In this document: in pieces, positions 1-13,100 of the stretch
Numbering within the stretch: the first letter of the stretch is position 1
How the letters are laid out: every line of letters begins with the position of its first letter
Origin: Amoebophrya sp. A120
Lineage: Eukaryota > Protista > Dinoflagellata
Reading direction: 5' to 3'
Length of the DNA: 64,000 nucleotides
Assembly: GCA_905178155.1 (NCBI GenBank)
Contig: CAJINV010000003.1
Location: 455,091-519,090, forward strand
The notes under the pieces: generated by a model
The model's input: only the letters and a program-made list of their open reading frames with translations
The model's database searches: none
Told to the model about the DNA's origin: nothing
Program-made: the position numbers and the translations under genes

Positions 1-114
1 TACCAGAATTTTCAGGGTGGAATAAAGATGCAGCACCATTATGTGAATAAGAAAAGAAAGTCAGACAGCCCCTCCTTCTGCGGTGAAGATCGTACTCAAC
101 ATTCTTGTGCGAAA

Positions 115-2115
115 ATGCAGCTTTATTTTTTGGCCGTCCTCTTTTGTCTTTCCCCATTTTCACCTCCGCAGAACCACTTCGTGCATTCTCTAGCTCTTTC
201 GTCCGCCACCCCTCCGATACCACCAACAAGTGTCAAGCCGGCAAGAAATGCCTTATCAGGAGTTGAAGCAGAAAGCGAAAGAGCCTCGCAGCATGGAGGA
301 GTAGATGACGAATTGCTACAACAAGCAGCATCGCATCCATCACGCTGTGGAAGTCCGCTTCGTGTGGCAGGTCGAGGCCAGGAGAGTTACGTGCAACGTC
401 CCGCAGGCCTCCCCCCGGCGTTGCAGGTGGAACCAGGGGAGCTGTGCCAGGAGTATCATGTGGGCAACGGTTCATACGCTGGCAATAGTCCCGCTCGGGA
501 AGCACAAGCAGCGAACTCGAATCACCGAACTAGCAGCAGAAGCACGTCTACAGCGGCAGGTCCTTTCCAAATCCAGGGTTCACTTGCCATCGCAGCCCCA
601 TCAAGCAGTCGACCTGGAGGTGGACCTGCTTCGGGCACCACCACCACGACCAGGGGTGGCTCCTTTGGGGGACTGTTGCAGGCCGGCAGACACACCGTCG
701 CGAACCTGATGCGGGGAACGGTGTACTCCTCGGCCTCGCTGTTGATGGACAAAACGGCGTTCCTCTCCGGCCTGATAGAGCACGAGCTCGCCGTCGCGGG
801 CACCACCCGGGACCAGCTGGTCTACGTGTCGCTGAAACAGGTGCTGTCGCAGGGCCTGAGCCTCACGTTCGGCGTGGGCAAGCTCGCATGGGAGGACCTG
901 ACGCAGGAGGTGGAGAAACGCGGCGGGCTGCACCAGCTCGCGAAAGAAATCCGGGAACAGCACCTGCAGCCAGTGTACGACAGTGTCATGGCCGATATCC
1001 GCACCCGCTGGCGACAAATTGACACCGACTTCGAGGAGCAGACCTGCGCGAAAAAATTGGACCGCGCAGTCCTGGAAAGTCGGGAACAACAGAAATCTTT
1101 CAATCCGGAAGATACGTCGGTAGGAGCTGCCGTGGGATCTTCACCGGGCCAGAACAGCTACACGAAAAGCAACAATCTGCTGCAGCAGAAGAAAAAGCGG
1201 AAAACGACCGTGGAGATTGGAGAACCGGTATTGAGCCAGCAGCAAGGCGGGGGCATCGGGTCGTGCTTGGGGTCGTATGGTCCCGCCGAGGGGGGTGGTC
1301 GCGACGTGGACGAAATGACAGACGACTTTTTCGATTTCCGGTCCTGTTGCTCGGGGTCCAACGAAAGTCTGCTTTATCTCGCCAGGACGATGGCCAGCAC
1401 CGCGGGAGGACTGGAGGGAAATAATTTCGGCACGACCTCCGGTGCGAGTGGTTCGGGGCCGAATTGTTCATCTCCGGCTGCTGGTGCGCCCGCCGCTTCC
1501 TCCACCGCATGCAGTCTGCGCGCTCGTGGTTTGTACTACTTGAAGCGCGCGATCCAAATCGTGTACAACGTGCTGTGGACGCTGGCGCGGCGGGGCATTA
1601 TGCCGGTGACCAAATTTGTGCTGCAATTGTTGGAAATGGCCTTTCCAGAGGCGCGTGACGAGGAGGCCGACCTTGAGGCCGTGCCGGAAGATGCCGCAGC
1701 CGCGCACGCGGCGCAACAGGAGGAAGGTGATTTCGTAGGAGATGGCGCGGCAGCAGGAAGTTCTGACACTGCAGGAGCTGCTGCAGCAGAGGACATACCG
1801 CAGAGAGAAATCAACAAAAACGTGGAAAGCCATCAACCGGAGGTCACCACTGCAGGTGGGACGAGCGCCGTTCTTGGCCGCCAGTCGTCGTCTTCATCAG
1901 ACTTCGTATTCGGCGGAGCGGACGATGCTGGGGAGCAGAGCGAGGAAGATGAAATCCAGGTGCCGAGCTATGAAAGCGACAGTGGCGGCAGCGAGCTGCA
2001 CTTGGAAGTTGAAACAGGCGCGGATGACGACGGTGAGACGGACAAAGAGATGTATTCTCCGGAAGATATCGGCAGCGCCGGAGACCCGAAAATGGATGTG
2101 GACGATGGAGCGTGA
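115..2115 (+). CDS. Hypothetical protein, probably secreted; helical core and acidic C-terminus
   Basis: Single 695-codon ORF (28..2115). Met at 115 begins a signal-peptide-like segment (MQLYFLAVLFCLSPFSP). It has a GC3-rich helical block at about 700-1090 and an Asp/Glu-rich tail. No family recognised. Confidence 0.7.
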   Translation: MQLYFLAVLFCLSPFSPPQNHFVHSLALSSATPPIPPTSVKPARNALSGVEAESERASQHGGVDDELLQQAASHPSRCGSPLRVAGRGQESYVQRPAGLPPALQVEPGELCQEYHVGNGSYAGNSPAREAQAANSNHRTSSRSTSTAAGPFQIQGSLAIAAPSSSRPGGGPASGTTTTTRGGSFGGLLQAGRHTVANLMRGTVYSSASLLMDKTAFLSGLIEHELAVAGTTRDQLVYVSLKQVLSQGLSLTFGVGKLAWEDLTQEVEKRGGLHQLAKEIREQHLQPVYDSVMADIRTRWRQIDTDFEEQTCAKKLDRAVLESREQQKSFNPEDTSVGAAVGSSPGQNSYTKSNNLLQQKKKRKTTVEIGEPVLSQQQGGGIGSCLGSYGPAEGGGRDVDEMTDDFFDFRSCCSGSNESLLYLARTMASTAGGLEGNNFGTTSGASGSGPNCSSPAAGAPAASSTACSLRARGLYYLKRAIQIVYNVLWTLARRGIMPVTKFVLQLLEMAFPEARDEEADLEAVPEDAAAAHAAQQEEGDFVGDGAAAGSSDTAGAAAAEDIPQREINKNVESHQPEVTTAGGTSAVLGRQSSSSSDFVFGGADDAGEQSEEDEIQVPSYESDSGGSELHLEVETGADDDGETDKEMYSPEDIGSAGDPKMDVDDGA

Positions 2116-2735
2116 ACAAGAAGTCGAACCTCGGGCGCAGAAGATGAATCACGGTAGCATGGCTGCAGAGATGTGCTGCCTGATCCTTGAGGATAACAAC
2201 CAGTCATTCCAGCATAGAAGTTAGTGCTTTCCAAAATTTTGTTTAGTTTTTGCCTTTCCCTTTTGAGATCAAGTTGTAAATCCGGACTGGCGCGGCCCTC
2301 CTCCTGGCATCAGTGTCAAATCACCAACAAGGCTGTTGCGATGCAGCAATACTAGCGCATTCTTTTGGTCTTGCTGCAAACCTCCACGACCACTGCCGCG
2401 TCCATGGGCCTGCATACAAACAATTGAAGTTTTGCACGCTTCTCGTGCAAGCGGCTCCCTTGTGCTTTGTTTCACGCGTATCTAAATGTCCATTGTAAAC
2501 AAATAACGACGGTGGAGTTGGTTTTGTAGTTTTTCGTTGAATTTATGTATTTCGAATTCGAGATTGTCCGTGTCTGCTAAACGCAACCATCGCATGAATG
2601 ATTTCTCTGTGCCAAGCACTTCTCAGCGAGAACCTAGAATTTTGGCTGTGTTCCTCATCCACGAATATGAGTGAGTATGTTGAGACACATGTTGTTGGAG
2701 TTGGATTGATCTGCGAGGTGACATATGTCGAATAT

Positions 2736-2825
2736 GGCGGAGCGGATGGGGAGCATAACTAGGGAGAAGAAATCCAAGCGCCGAGCTGCGAAAGCGACAG
2801 TGTCGGGAGCGACTTGCGATGGATG
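2736..2825 (+). pseudogene. Degenerate partial duplicate of the 3' end of the upstream gene (about 1912-2010)
   Basis: ggcggagcggatggggagcataactagggagaagaaatccaagcgccgagctgcgaaagcgacagtgtcgggagcga aligns with ggcggagcggacgatgctggggagcagagcgaggaagatgaaatccaggtgccgagctatgaaagcgacagtggcggcagcga. The copy has a small deletion and GAG>TAG. Confidence 0.75.
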
Positions 2826-4442
2826 TTTGTTTTGCAAGAAGACGAAGCAAACACATCAACATCAAACCTTATCGAGAAGTTGAAAAAGCTATTTGCACAT
2901 TTGGTTGCGTGTAATAGTAATCATACTAAAAGGAACGAGAAAAAAATCCGCTGTAGGTTTGGAGCATCTTGCTACCCGTGCCGTGATGATCGTAATCTAT
3001 GGAGGCTCACCACGTCGCGACGAGATGCCGGCGCCAAGTGACGCCCCCGCGTTGCCTGCCGGGGGGTCCTCGAGTGCATTCTTGCCAGAGGAGCCGACCA
3101 AAGAGTTCCCCCGGCAACTTTGTGCGTTCTTTCTGTAAATCGCGCAGCGTGTGCCGACGGGCCGCCGGCGGGCGATAGACACGAGCGAGCGCGACGGGTC
3201 GGGCGCCCGCGCCCGCCCTCGGTAAAGCCGCGCCCCTCTGCGGGGGCCGCGGCCCATACGCCGCGCGCCTCCCCGGCAGGCCTAGGGTGTTTATCTGGGC
3301 CGCCCCGATGAGCGCCCCCACCCGCCCGTCTTTCAGTGGGGGGCGGTGGTATATTTCTCCGGCGAGCCGTATAGAGCTGGGTGGCGCGCCTGTGGTATCG
3401 TCCGCTGGCGAGAACAATACACGCGCCCAAGCGCCAGTGCCTAGGCATCAGCAGCAGCAGATGCGCGCGCCTGCGAGCACCAGGCGCGCCCGAACGTGCA
3501 GGCAGCCCTGATTTTTGCAAAAATCGAAATCCCGCTCACCACGGAGAGCTCTAAAGCATTTCACTTTTTCAGCATTCTGCGGACAGCCGCCGGAGCTCTC
3601 CCATTTCCCTAGTAGAAGAATGACTCTGCTACTGCTCCTCCGGCAGTGGCTTTTAGAGGAGCGCATTTGAAGATGTTGGCAGTGTTCCGCGTCATGTTTT
3701 CGATATTCAGTTGGAAAAGAGCCGCGCGAACAATATTGGCACTTGAATATTGATGAGGGGTGGGTAGTGTAGTCAGTGTTTTTGCTCGTAATCATATCTT
3801 TGTTGTGCTTGTGTCGCTGTGTGTTACAAAAAAGAAAAATGTGGGAAAAATTGATGAAATAGAAATCCTTAGCCTTACCCTTAGTGTGCATTCAATTAAG
3901 CTGCAGTAGTCGTATTTACAGCCTCATTGTCTATTAAAGATCAAAATGTCGTGGAATTGCACATTTCTTTGCTTTTGTTTTTAGTTTTTCTATTCCTTCG
4001 TAGGCACACTTCGGTTCCTCATCGTCATCGCTCGTGAAAACTGGAGAAAGATCAAGGGAAAGGGCCCCATGTTGCTGTATCATTCGTCAGAGCTGCGGTA
4101 ACAAAATCGTAGCAGTGCTCGTACAAAAAATGCTAAAATTGACAAAAAAACAACAGAAACAGATACAGAGGAACTGATACTTACCTTGCAGCATTGGCAT
4201 CCAGCTTAACTGCGTAGTTCTGTTTTGTGACGTGCTCTCCCATTCGGCGTTCTCTAAAGTTGAACCTTTTCGCAATTTTTCTCAGGGCGGGATCAGGACG
4301 GTTTTTTTTTTTTGTTGGGGACGAAGAACAACGAAGGGCTAGGGGGTGTTGACGCAATTTCTCTACGTTGAAAAAAAAAATGTCTTGACGTCCTTTGGCT
4401 TTGGATGAACATCTTGAAACGCACGCTGGCGTCTTCGCAGCC

Positions 4443-7400
4443 ATGAACCCCCACTCCACCTCCCCGCGCCGAGAGCACCAGCGGCAGCGAAATGGCTCTA
4501 CTACTTTCGCAGCTACAAAATCAAAAAAGGGCGCAGCTGCTGCCGAAAGGTTTGACATCGCCACTCCGTCGGACAACGCGGATGCAGCCCAGGATGACAA
4601 GTTGAGCGAGGGATCCTTCTACGATACATTGGACCGGATTCGCCCGTCAAAGGAGCCAACGTCGAGCAAAGAATCCTACCTGGGCAACAACCCAAACGGG
4701 CCCTTGCTAGCGTCGCAGCAGGTACTAGAGCCGGAGCGCGTGGCGGTCTTGGGAAGCACGACCCGGCTTCTGCGAAATGCTAGGAATAACGCGCAGAGCC
4801 CCAGCAGGAGCAGTTGCAGCCCGGCGAGAGGTGGTCGACCGGCGGCGGATGGTGTCCCACTAGACGCCCGCACCGACGCACCCGTCGTACATGTGACCAC
4901 GGTGAACAGTAATCAGCACCTGCGCGGCGTCACGTCGACCCAACAAGCCGCTTCGTCTTCGAGCGACAGCGACGCGCGGGGACCACAACGAGATGTCGAC
5001 GACGAGCTGGGACCGCCACCGTCGCCCAAGCGGATGAACCCAACGAGCACATCACGACTGGCGGAAGATGCCGCTGCTCCTCTTGTAGAACAACCACATG
5101 AAAATCCTGCACTTTACCACATGGAAGATTACTACTACTCCCCCGAAGTTGGCGCTCGACTACCGGTACCGCATGCTGGTCTCGGTCTGGGTTCGTACCA
5201 GGATCAGGAAGCGGTAAATTCTGCTTTGCCTAGCAGCGCGTCAAAGACGGTCGACCAGTTGAAACAGGTCGTCAGTCCCACGCTCGGTCAGATATTCGAA
5301 CGGGTGTCGAAGCAATGGCCATCCGCGGCGCAAGTTGGGACGTTTTTCTCTGGAACTACACCACAAGATGGTTGTGGGCCAGAAGACCTACAGAGCGCAG
5401 TGCCGACGTCCGGCGAGAAAAAGGTACTGCCTGAGGACTTCAAGCGCGATAGCAATGTGGAGGACCACAACAAGGATAATTCACTCGTGGAGGAAGATGC
5501 CTACGCCTCGGTTTCGGTGTCCGTAGGAGAAGGCGCTGCATCATCGGGAGGACAATTTCCTCGGCAAGTAGCAACTACAACTAGAACAACTACGCACCGA
5601 CCCGAAATTGCGAACGGCTCATCCTCCGCCCCGCAGACTGCGTCGGATGGACGGTTTCTCTCTGCGGACGATCACTCTGTGCAGACGCTCGACTTCGGCC
5701 ACAACCCCAACAACCAGTCCCACTCTGTCTCCGTTGCCACGGCCTCCCCGGAGCGCCCGCGGGGGTCGCCGGACCGGCCGCGTCCGAGTCTGTTGGGCGC
5801 CGCCGCCGTGCAATCGGTGCTCCAGGACGTGGACGAAGAAAACAGCCTTGTTACCGGCGGGTCTGCCTCCGAGGAAGCAGGCGGTGTCGTGGTAGAGCAA
5901 GGCAGCGTGGTGGTGCGCAATCTAGAACAGGAACTCGCTGCTGTGGAAGATCAAGATCACGGAGACGTGGTTGGAGCGGCACCTCAATTTTCCGCTGGTA
6001 GGGTCAGTGAGAATCTTCATGAGGAGCAAAGCGCCCCGGTAAGTAAGACTACGGCACGTGCCAGGAAACCCCACGTGTTAAAGAGGATCGAAGGGCTAGT
6101 GGCTCTGGAAAGAAATGTGCGCGAAGATGCGAGCGGGAGGACGGTACGGCGATGGTGGATTTTGATAAGTAGCTCATGAAGACATGATGCGATTTTGTTC
6201 GGCTTCAATACTAGTTTCGCCACTTGAAAATCTACGAAACGTTTTTATTTGTTCTAGCTCGCTTTCCTTCGTCACTGCACAACAAGTAAACTTCTTCCAG
6301 CAGTCCCAGTCAAAACTTTTTTTCTAAACAAACAAAAGGATGCCGGGCCCGGTGCCTCAGCCAGGGGCACCACGACTGTTTCAGCTCGGAGTTCTGTGCC
6401 CGCAAACCCAATGTCGTCATCCGCGCGAAAGGCCAAAACGCCGGCGAGATACGTGGGCGGAACGCCAGCTTCAGCGCGTAGACCAGAGCTGAAGGACCAA
6501 CACCCGTCAACATCTGCTGAAAAGCGCAAAAAGTATGCCTTCGAGCCGGATTTTCGCCGCACTATCGGCACACCAAGCGCTGCACGTGGTGGCAACCAGA
6601 CCTCCCGCGGCGGCTCCTCGAGCTCTTCTAGCAAACAGTCGCTAAGCACCACCTGCAGTACCGCGCAGCAGAACACAACTACTAAAAGGAGCACGGGCCA
6701 CGGCCAAGCCAGCACGACGACGCTCACGACCACGGGAGTTGTGCTCGGATCAACCTCGAACGTGTGCAGCAGTAGCGCCGCGAACAGTTCTTCTTCTAAC
6801 CCTGTGTCGCGAAACGAAACCCCGCGGAGGATGTCGAGCGGCCGCGACAACATCAAGACCCCCCGGCGTAGCGCTGAAGTGGACAATAGGCCCTACCAGA
6901 ACCTGAGGCACGTCCACCTGTTGCTTGAGCAGCGCAGTTCCAACAGTCTGAACACCAGTCGCCAGAGTTTGGGCAGCAACGCGTCCGGGCGAAGCGGAGG
7001 TGGCCTGTACTACAACCAGCATCAATCGAGCATGACCCTGCTGAATTCCACGCTAAGCCGTAAGAGTCTCGGGGTTTGCTCCGCGTCCGGCTTGACGAGT
7101 GCGTCCAACCGCAGCAAATACGCGCAGCAGAAGAGCCTGGCGGACCAAAACGCGTGTCAATCTTCTGCGAATCCGTATAAAAACGCTCCGGAAGTCGTGT
7201 TTGGGGAAAGTTTGCGCCAGGTTCCGGGCGTGTTAGAGGCGGGGAAGACGATTCCGCGTAGCAGCGTCGCCCCGACGTTGTCGGATCCGGTTTACAATGA
7301 TGTCAAGCCGCGCTTTGAAACCATACAGCAAACACCGAACGAACAGAAGTCGGGAGCGTCGTCAAGTCGGCAACATTCCAGTACTAGATCCGTGTCAGGA

Positions 7401-10101
7401 GTATTTTCGGGACAGCAGGGGGCGGGCGCCAAAGTGATGGCGTCGGCACGAGGAGTCGGTGGGCCGGCGATGTCACCTGCAGCACCGAGTGCCGCCGGGG
7501 TATTTTTTGATGATCTACGTACATTCGTGATCCTGGTTTTAAATCATGATCATGGAAGATGAAGTCATAGCTGCCAGGCGATTGGTATTTGCAAAACTGC
7601 AGAAGAGCGGCACGGGCAGTCAGATCGTGAAAGGATCACTGGCTTAGCAATTGTTTGACACAATGGAGGAGTCGTGACACGGACGACGCGATTCATTTTC
7701 TTTGTTTTTGTACGCATCAATGAAATTCGTCTCGTCGTTCACGTGTAGAAGTAGCGTCTTTCTCTACAGCTAGAAGAAGAAGTAGAATCGCAGAAGTGGA
7801 AAATTCGTAAATGAAACACACAGGAAGCCGGTCTCGCGCGTTTGGCAATGCGGGTTTGCGACGAGTTGAAGGCTGAGTACGGGACCCTCCAAATTGCAGC
7901 AGTGCACGCTGCTATGGAGATGAAATTGATTGACCCCCGCGCTCTCGAGAGGTACATGGCTTCCACCAAAAAGCTGTCCACGACGTCAGCAGCCCCTTCG
8001 CCGATGGATCATCACGGAACAAGCACAGCAATTTTGCCTGGATCATCGTTATCTGGAGGCACTGTGGACGTCCATCACCAGTTTTTTGGCCAGCAGCTGT
8101 CCTCGTCGGCCGTGGAGCAGGAGCTGGATTTCGGGTACCACGATGAAGATCGAAAACTCCAGTTTGGCCCCGCCAAGGTTGAAGTGGATGCCGAGGTGCA
8201 GCTCAGCGAGAGCCTGCCGGAGATCCGATTTTCCTCTCGTCACCTGGAAGAAGCCATGCTAGACGTTTTCCAGCTGGAGGACATGTTCGGAAACAAGAGG
8301 AACTGCAGCCGCCTTTTCCGGATGGTATTAAATAAAGCGGCGCATCATGATGATGCGCAACATGGTTGTGTTATGATGAAACTACTGGGTTTTTAATATG
8401 GTTAGTAGGTAGAAGAGATGGAGTTGAATCAGCATTTTTCTTTTTGCTAGTTTCCTTAGTTTGGTGGCTTGAACTTGATGATGGTTCTCGTTCTTGTTCG
8501 GCATCAAGTCAAGATCAGTAAATCAACACATACAGATCGAGCGCACGCATGGCGAGCGGAAGGGATACATTGCGTTGACGATGTTGGACAGGTACACGCA
8601 CGAGGTGGTTCGCAAGATGGAGCGCCAGGCAGAGCAGGACGCAAGAATAAATGCAAGCGCAACCGCGGGCAATAAACCCGGGGTGCTGGTGCGGAAGTCC
8701 GCGGGTGAAAAGCACCTCTCCTCGTCCGAAGCAACGAAGTTCGAATCTTCGCAATTTATTTCGGACGAACTACCACCAGCCTATGGGGAGGGTGTGCAAA
8801 GATACAGTCAGGACCTGTTTCAAAAGTCGCTGCGCACTGGACCTTCGGAGAGGAAAAAGTATATATTCTAATTTTTTTGAATCAATAGAGTGTGAGTGGT
8901 CCAGCATGAGGCCGACCTGGTGACTGAATGGTTTAGATGTCGAGACTGCACATGCTACTGCCAGTGGTGCTAGTAGACTCTTGCGAACATCAGATGCGCA
9001 GATGGAACCTGGTGACGGTCATGACATGAAAAATATTGTGGAACCCTTTACAGTCCTTGGCAAGTAACAAAACAAACAACTACAAACACCAGGAGGCAAC
9101 AGGCTGCAGTATCGCAACCACGAGTCCACCAGCGGCTAGCGGCTGAGAGCGAAGTGCAGCCAGAAATGATGAAGAACGAGGACACCTCGTACCAGCTGAG
9201 TGTCATCGACGAAGTGGACGACGACGAGTGTCTTTCTTCTCCCGCCCTGACCACGCGGCGATCTCCAGCGCTCGCAGCGCGACGCGAACGAGAAGGCACG
9301 ATGAACCACCCCACGACACAGGCGAGCGAGTTGCAGCCGCAGAGCAATAAATCATGGCAGAAAGCTGTCCCGGAAACCTCGCCTGAGCCGAATGGGAGAG
9401 CAGCTGCAGCTGCTGTGCCTGCGACGACCAGCGCAGCTGTAGTGCCGACCACGTCCCACGGGGGCTCTTCGACCACGATTGTGGTTCCAAAAGCAAATGC
9501 AAACATGAGTGCAGGTGGAAGTAGTGGACCTGCTTCAGGAGGTGTTGCAGCTACAAATATGCAGCAAGGTAGATTTTCTTTTTCTAGTGCTGTACGAGGC
9601 CCAGCTACTGCGAAACTTCTAGCGCCTGCATCGACCAGTGGAGGTAGTAGCTCTAGCACGACTTCGACCCCGGGAACAACGATAAACAAGGCCGGGCCGA
9701 ATTCAACTGGCACACTGATGTCTGCAGTTCGAGGACAGCACGACGTGGTCGCGGGAGCAGTAGGTGGCAGTAGCGGAGGTGCAGCAGCTGCGCCAAAAAT
9801 TGTTCAGAAACAAATGAACCATCCTCCTGGTGTAGCCGTCCCGGCAGTCTTCGCAGAGACGCTTGCCAAGCAGCGACAAGCGGGTTTCTCGACAATGACG
9901 CAGATGAAACCGCTCGCAGCTGCACCTTTGCTCTCCGCAAGGGGGGAGCCGCCAGGAGCATCGCGCCAACTACAAGAACAGTCGCGACAGACAGCGAACA
10001 ATCAGCTGGTTCAGCGCCAAATGTCTGCTCCCTACAGTGGTCTGCGAATTCAGATGCCGGTCCTCAACACGACTGCCTTCGTCATGCCGCCGAAGCCGTG
10101 A
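4443..10101 (+). CDS. Large multi-exon, intrinsically disordered hypothetical protein
   Basis: ORFs 4395, 6396, 7842, 8494 and 9154 can be joined in frame via GT-AG introns (about 6144-6257, 7500-7823, 8325-8535, 8859-9052). A small helical, possibly EF-hand-like block (LEEAMLDVF...RLFRM|IERTHGERKGYIALTMLDRY) spans one junction. Confidence 0.6.
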
Positions 10102-11192
10102 TTGCAGCGAGGTATACAACTGAATATCAATATACAGCTGGCGACGTGGTTCACAATGCTGTACAAAAGTAAATGTACATCAATCTGACTTGTTTCAGTT
10201 TCGAATTTTAGGTAGTAGTTTTGCAGAATAGTTTCATCATGATCATGATATTCACATAAAAGAAAGTATAGCTTGGCCATTTTTTCAATATTTCATCATC
10301 ATCATCATAACACCAGAGAGAAGCAGAACATTTTCAAATATCAGCATGCACATCGGTTTTTTGATATTTTTTAACGAAACACAAACGATTTATATTATCA
10401 GCCCTGGTTAGGTTTACTTTTTTTGTTTTCCAAAATTGTACATTTTATTTTTAGTTTTTATCCGTCGGGGTCGCTAGTTCCAGTGTAAGAGGTAGAGGAG
10501 GTCAATCATAGTTGTATCATTACTTTTTGGGCTATAGTTCTGTACGCAGTAAACCTACACTTCGCACTTTTGTCGGCCGTTGTCGTGTACAAAATCGAAA
10601 AACATGTTTCAGCGGAAAAGGATTGGCAACGTTAATTGGAAACGGCAATATTTGGATTTATTTGATGAACGTCCTCGCAATTATAATTGTGCCATTGAAG
10701 AATAGAAATAGTTTTGCACTTCTAGTTTACGGCCATTGGAGGCTAGAAGGATTCTGTGTGTTTGGGTTCGCAATCAGAATCTCCATTCGAGCTGGTGCTT
10801 CACTTTTACACACATTATGCAAGCAAATCGTCGGGGTGGAGGTGGTGGTCGTGGTGGTTGTGCTATTCGCTTTCATTCTGAAGGAGTGAAAAAAAACCAA
10901 GAGCGAAAAATCGTGTTGCGCTGAGAGAGACGTGAGGCGAATAATTAAAAATCGCCCCCTCAATTTTCGTTGGACTTTCAAATGCATTGTACCGAAAAAT
11001 GTCGAATGTTATCTGCAGTATCAAACGTACGCGTACCAAAGGGACCCGCGGCGGCAAAACCAAAAGTAGCAAATGAGTGCGTTCGAGACACCGCTTTTCA
11101 TCATGTGCTCCTCTTGAAGCGTATACTTCGTTTGCATCAGATTCAGTGAAAGAGATATAGAACCACGACAAAGGCAAAGCTGATCAAGAAAA

Positions 11193-13100
11193 ATGACGAC
11201 TGAAGTGCCACTGCCACGACTTGCCGCGTCCGCACTGGAAAAGGGCACTCCGAACAAGAGGGCGGAAGCTGCCCCCGCCGGACCCGCTGCTGACAAGGAG
11301 AAGGATGTACGAAAAAAAATGACGTTTTTTTGTGAGCAGGTTATTCTGATATTTTTGTGCTAGCACCGAGGTGACACCTTGCACAGCACAACTGTGACAA
11401 AAACAAATTCGCAGATAACATTAACAAGAGAGATGAAATTACTACAGGTTATTGCCCTCGAGCAGTCTTCCAGAACTAACGACACCCGGGCCGGAGAAGC
11501 AGGAGCACCGGCTGCAGTCCAGCACAAGGCGGTCGTCGTGGAAGATGCAGCGACAACGACCAAGACCCCAACGACGGCAGAGCGGGACGTTGACCAAGAT
11601 GACAAACTTGCTTCCCCGCAGCCAGGAAGTAACACCAGTGCCAAGCTGCGGAGTCCCGATGGGTGGAGCAGTCTGAAGCAAACGGCAGCTACGTCGTCCA
11701 ACACAGCAGCGTCCGCGGCAATAACAAGCGATCCAGCACCAAAAAGAGCGGTGGAACAAACCACCAAAACAACCGCTGCGGCGAGCAAAGGGACCAGAGT
11801 CGACGACGGCGAGAGCACCAAAGAGATGATGGACCACGTCGCAGCGAAAAAACCATCCTCAACAAATACCGCGCCGTCTGCCTCTTCTGGTTGTACTACT
11901 TCTATCACGAATGCGGATCATGCGGCGAAGAAGAACACGGTCTCCACCTCCAGTACAACCTCCCCGGCAAAGGTGACGTTCCACCAGGACGGGAGCCCGC
12001 TGACCAGCACCACGGCTACGACCAGCAGCGCCAATTCGGTGCAGGACCAGCAGGGAATCGAACTAGTCGTCGAAGATGAAGATAAGGAGGTCACCGACAC
12101 CGCCGGTTGGAAGAAGAATATGGCCACTTGTTCGGGAAAGGATGAATCCAAAGTTGCAGCACGGACAACAACTGGTGCAGTCGGACCGACGAAGGCTTCA
12201 ACTACATCTACAGTGAACAAGACTACTACAGCTGCGGGTACTAGTACGAAACCAAGCGCAAAAAGCAGTCCGAAAGAACTCATCTCTACTTCTACGTCCA
12301 CAACTAAGACAACCGCTTCAACCGCGCCGGGTCCAGCGCTGCTCTCATCAAAATCACCGTCGAGGGCCCAAACGACCAACACTACACCGATAACCACCAC
12401 GACGAAGGAAGCGCCGGCACCCACGACGCGCAAGGAGTTCATGGGCCCGTTCATCTCCATGAGAGCGTACAAGCGGGGCGTTTTGCATGAAGACGCCAGC
12501 ACGACGGACGCAGAAAGTGAGCCAGAAAAGGAAAGCCCGGTAATATTCAAGAACAGGAGTAAACAAGATGCCCAATGGCAATGTTGAGACGTTTGTTTTA
12601 TTGTTTGCACCATGTCTACTAGTACTGTATGCTAGTGCTACCTACTTTTTACTCTAGTTGTGTGGTGCACATATTATGATTGATGAATTTCATAGAGACT
12701 CGACATCTACATCAACTTCTTTCTCATTTTCATTTATCAGGTCGACAGCGAGCATTCCGATGACAGTGACGACGATTCGGATGACGAAGAAGAGGAAGAA
12801 GTGCATTGGGGCTGGACCGTCGCTAAGTACTTTATTTGGGAATTTTTTGGAGCTGCTTGCAGCCGCACTTGCTGTAAATCCAAATGCAACTCCAATTCGT
12901 GCAATTCCATTTTCCACACCGCATGGGCTTTTCTTCCGCAGCTTGTTGTACTTACTTGTTTCACGCGACGGGTTGCGAAAATGGCTATGGTATCAACGGT
13001 GTTCAATCTATCAAAAAACGAACAACAAAAACTTTGACTTTTCAGGTACTGCGGTATGGGGTTGATCACGTTGGCGATCTTGTTCGACGAGATGGAGTGA
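11193..13100 (+). CDS. Thr/Ser/Ala-rich protein with acidic patch and C-terminal hydrophobic tail (4 exons)
   Basis: Exons 11193-11306, 11448-12539, 12741-12826 and 13046-13100 are joined by phase-compatible GT-AG introns. The protein ends ...DDEEEEEVHWGWTVAKYCGMGLITLAILFDEME*. Confidence 0.65.

Noticed and set aside
8326-8398. tattaaa...tttaata short inverted repeat and a gcgcatca-tga-tgatgcgc hairpin at an intron start
   Set aside because: The arms are only 7 AT-rich bases, there is no 9-mer motif, and removal does not restore the frame. A canonical GT-AG intron (8325-8535) explains the junction.
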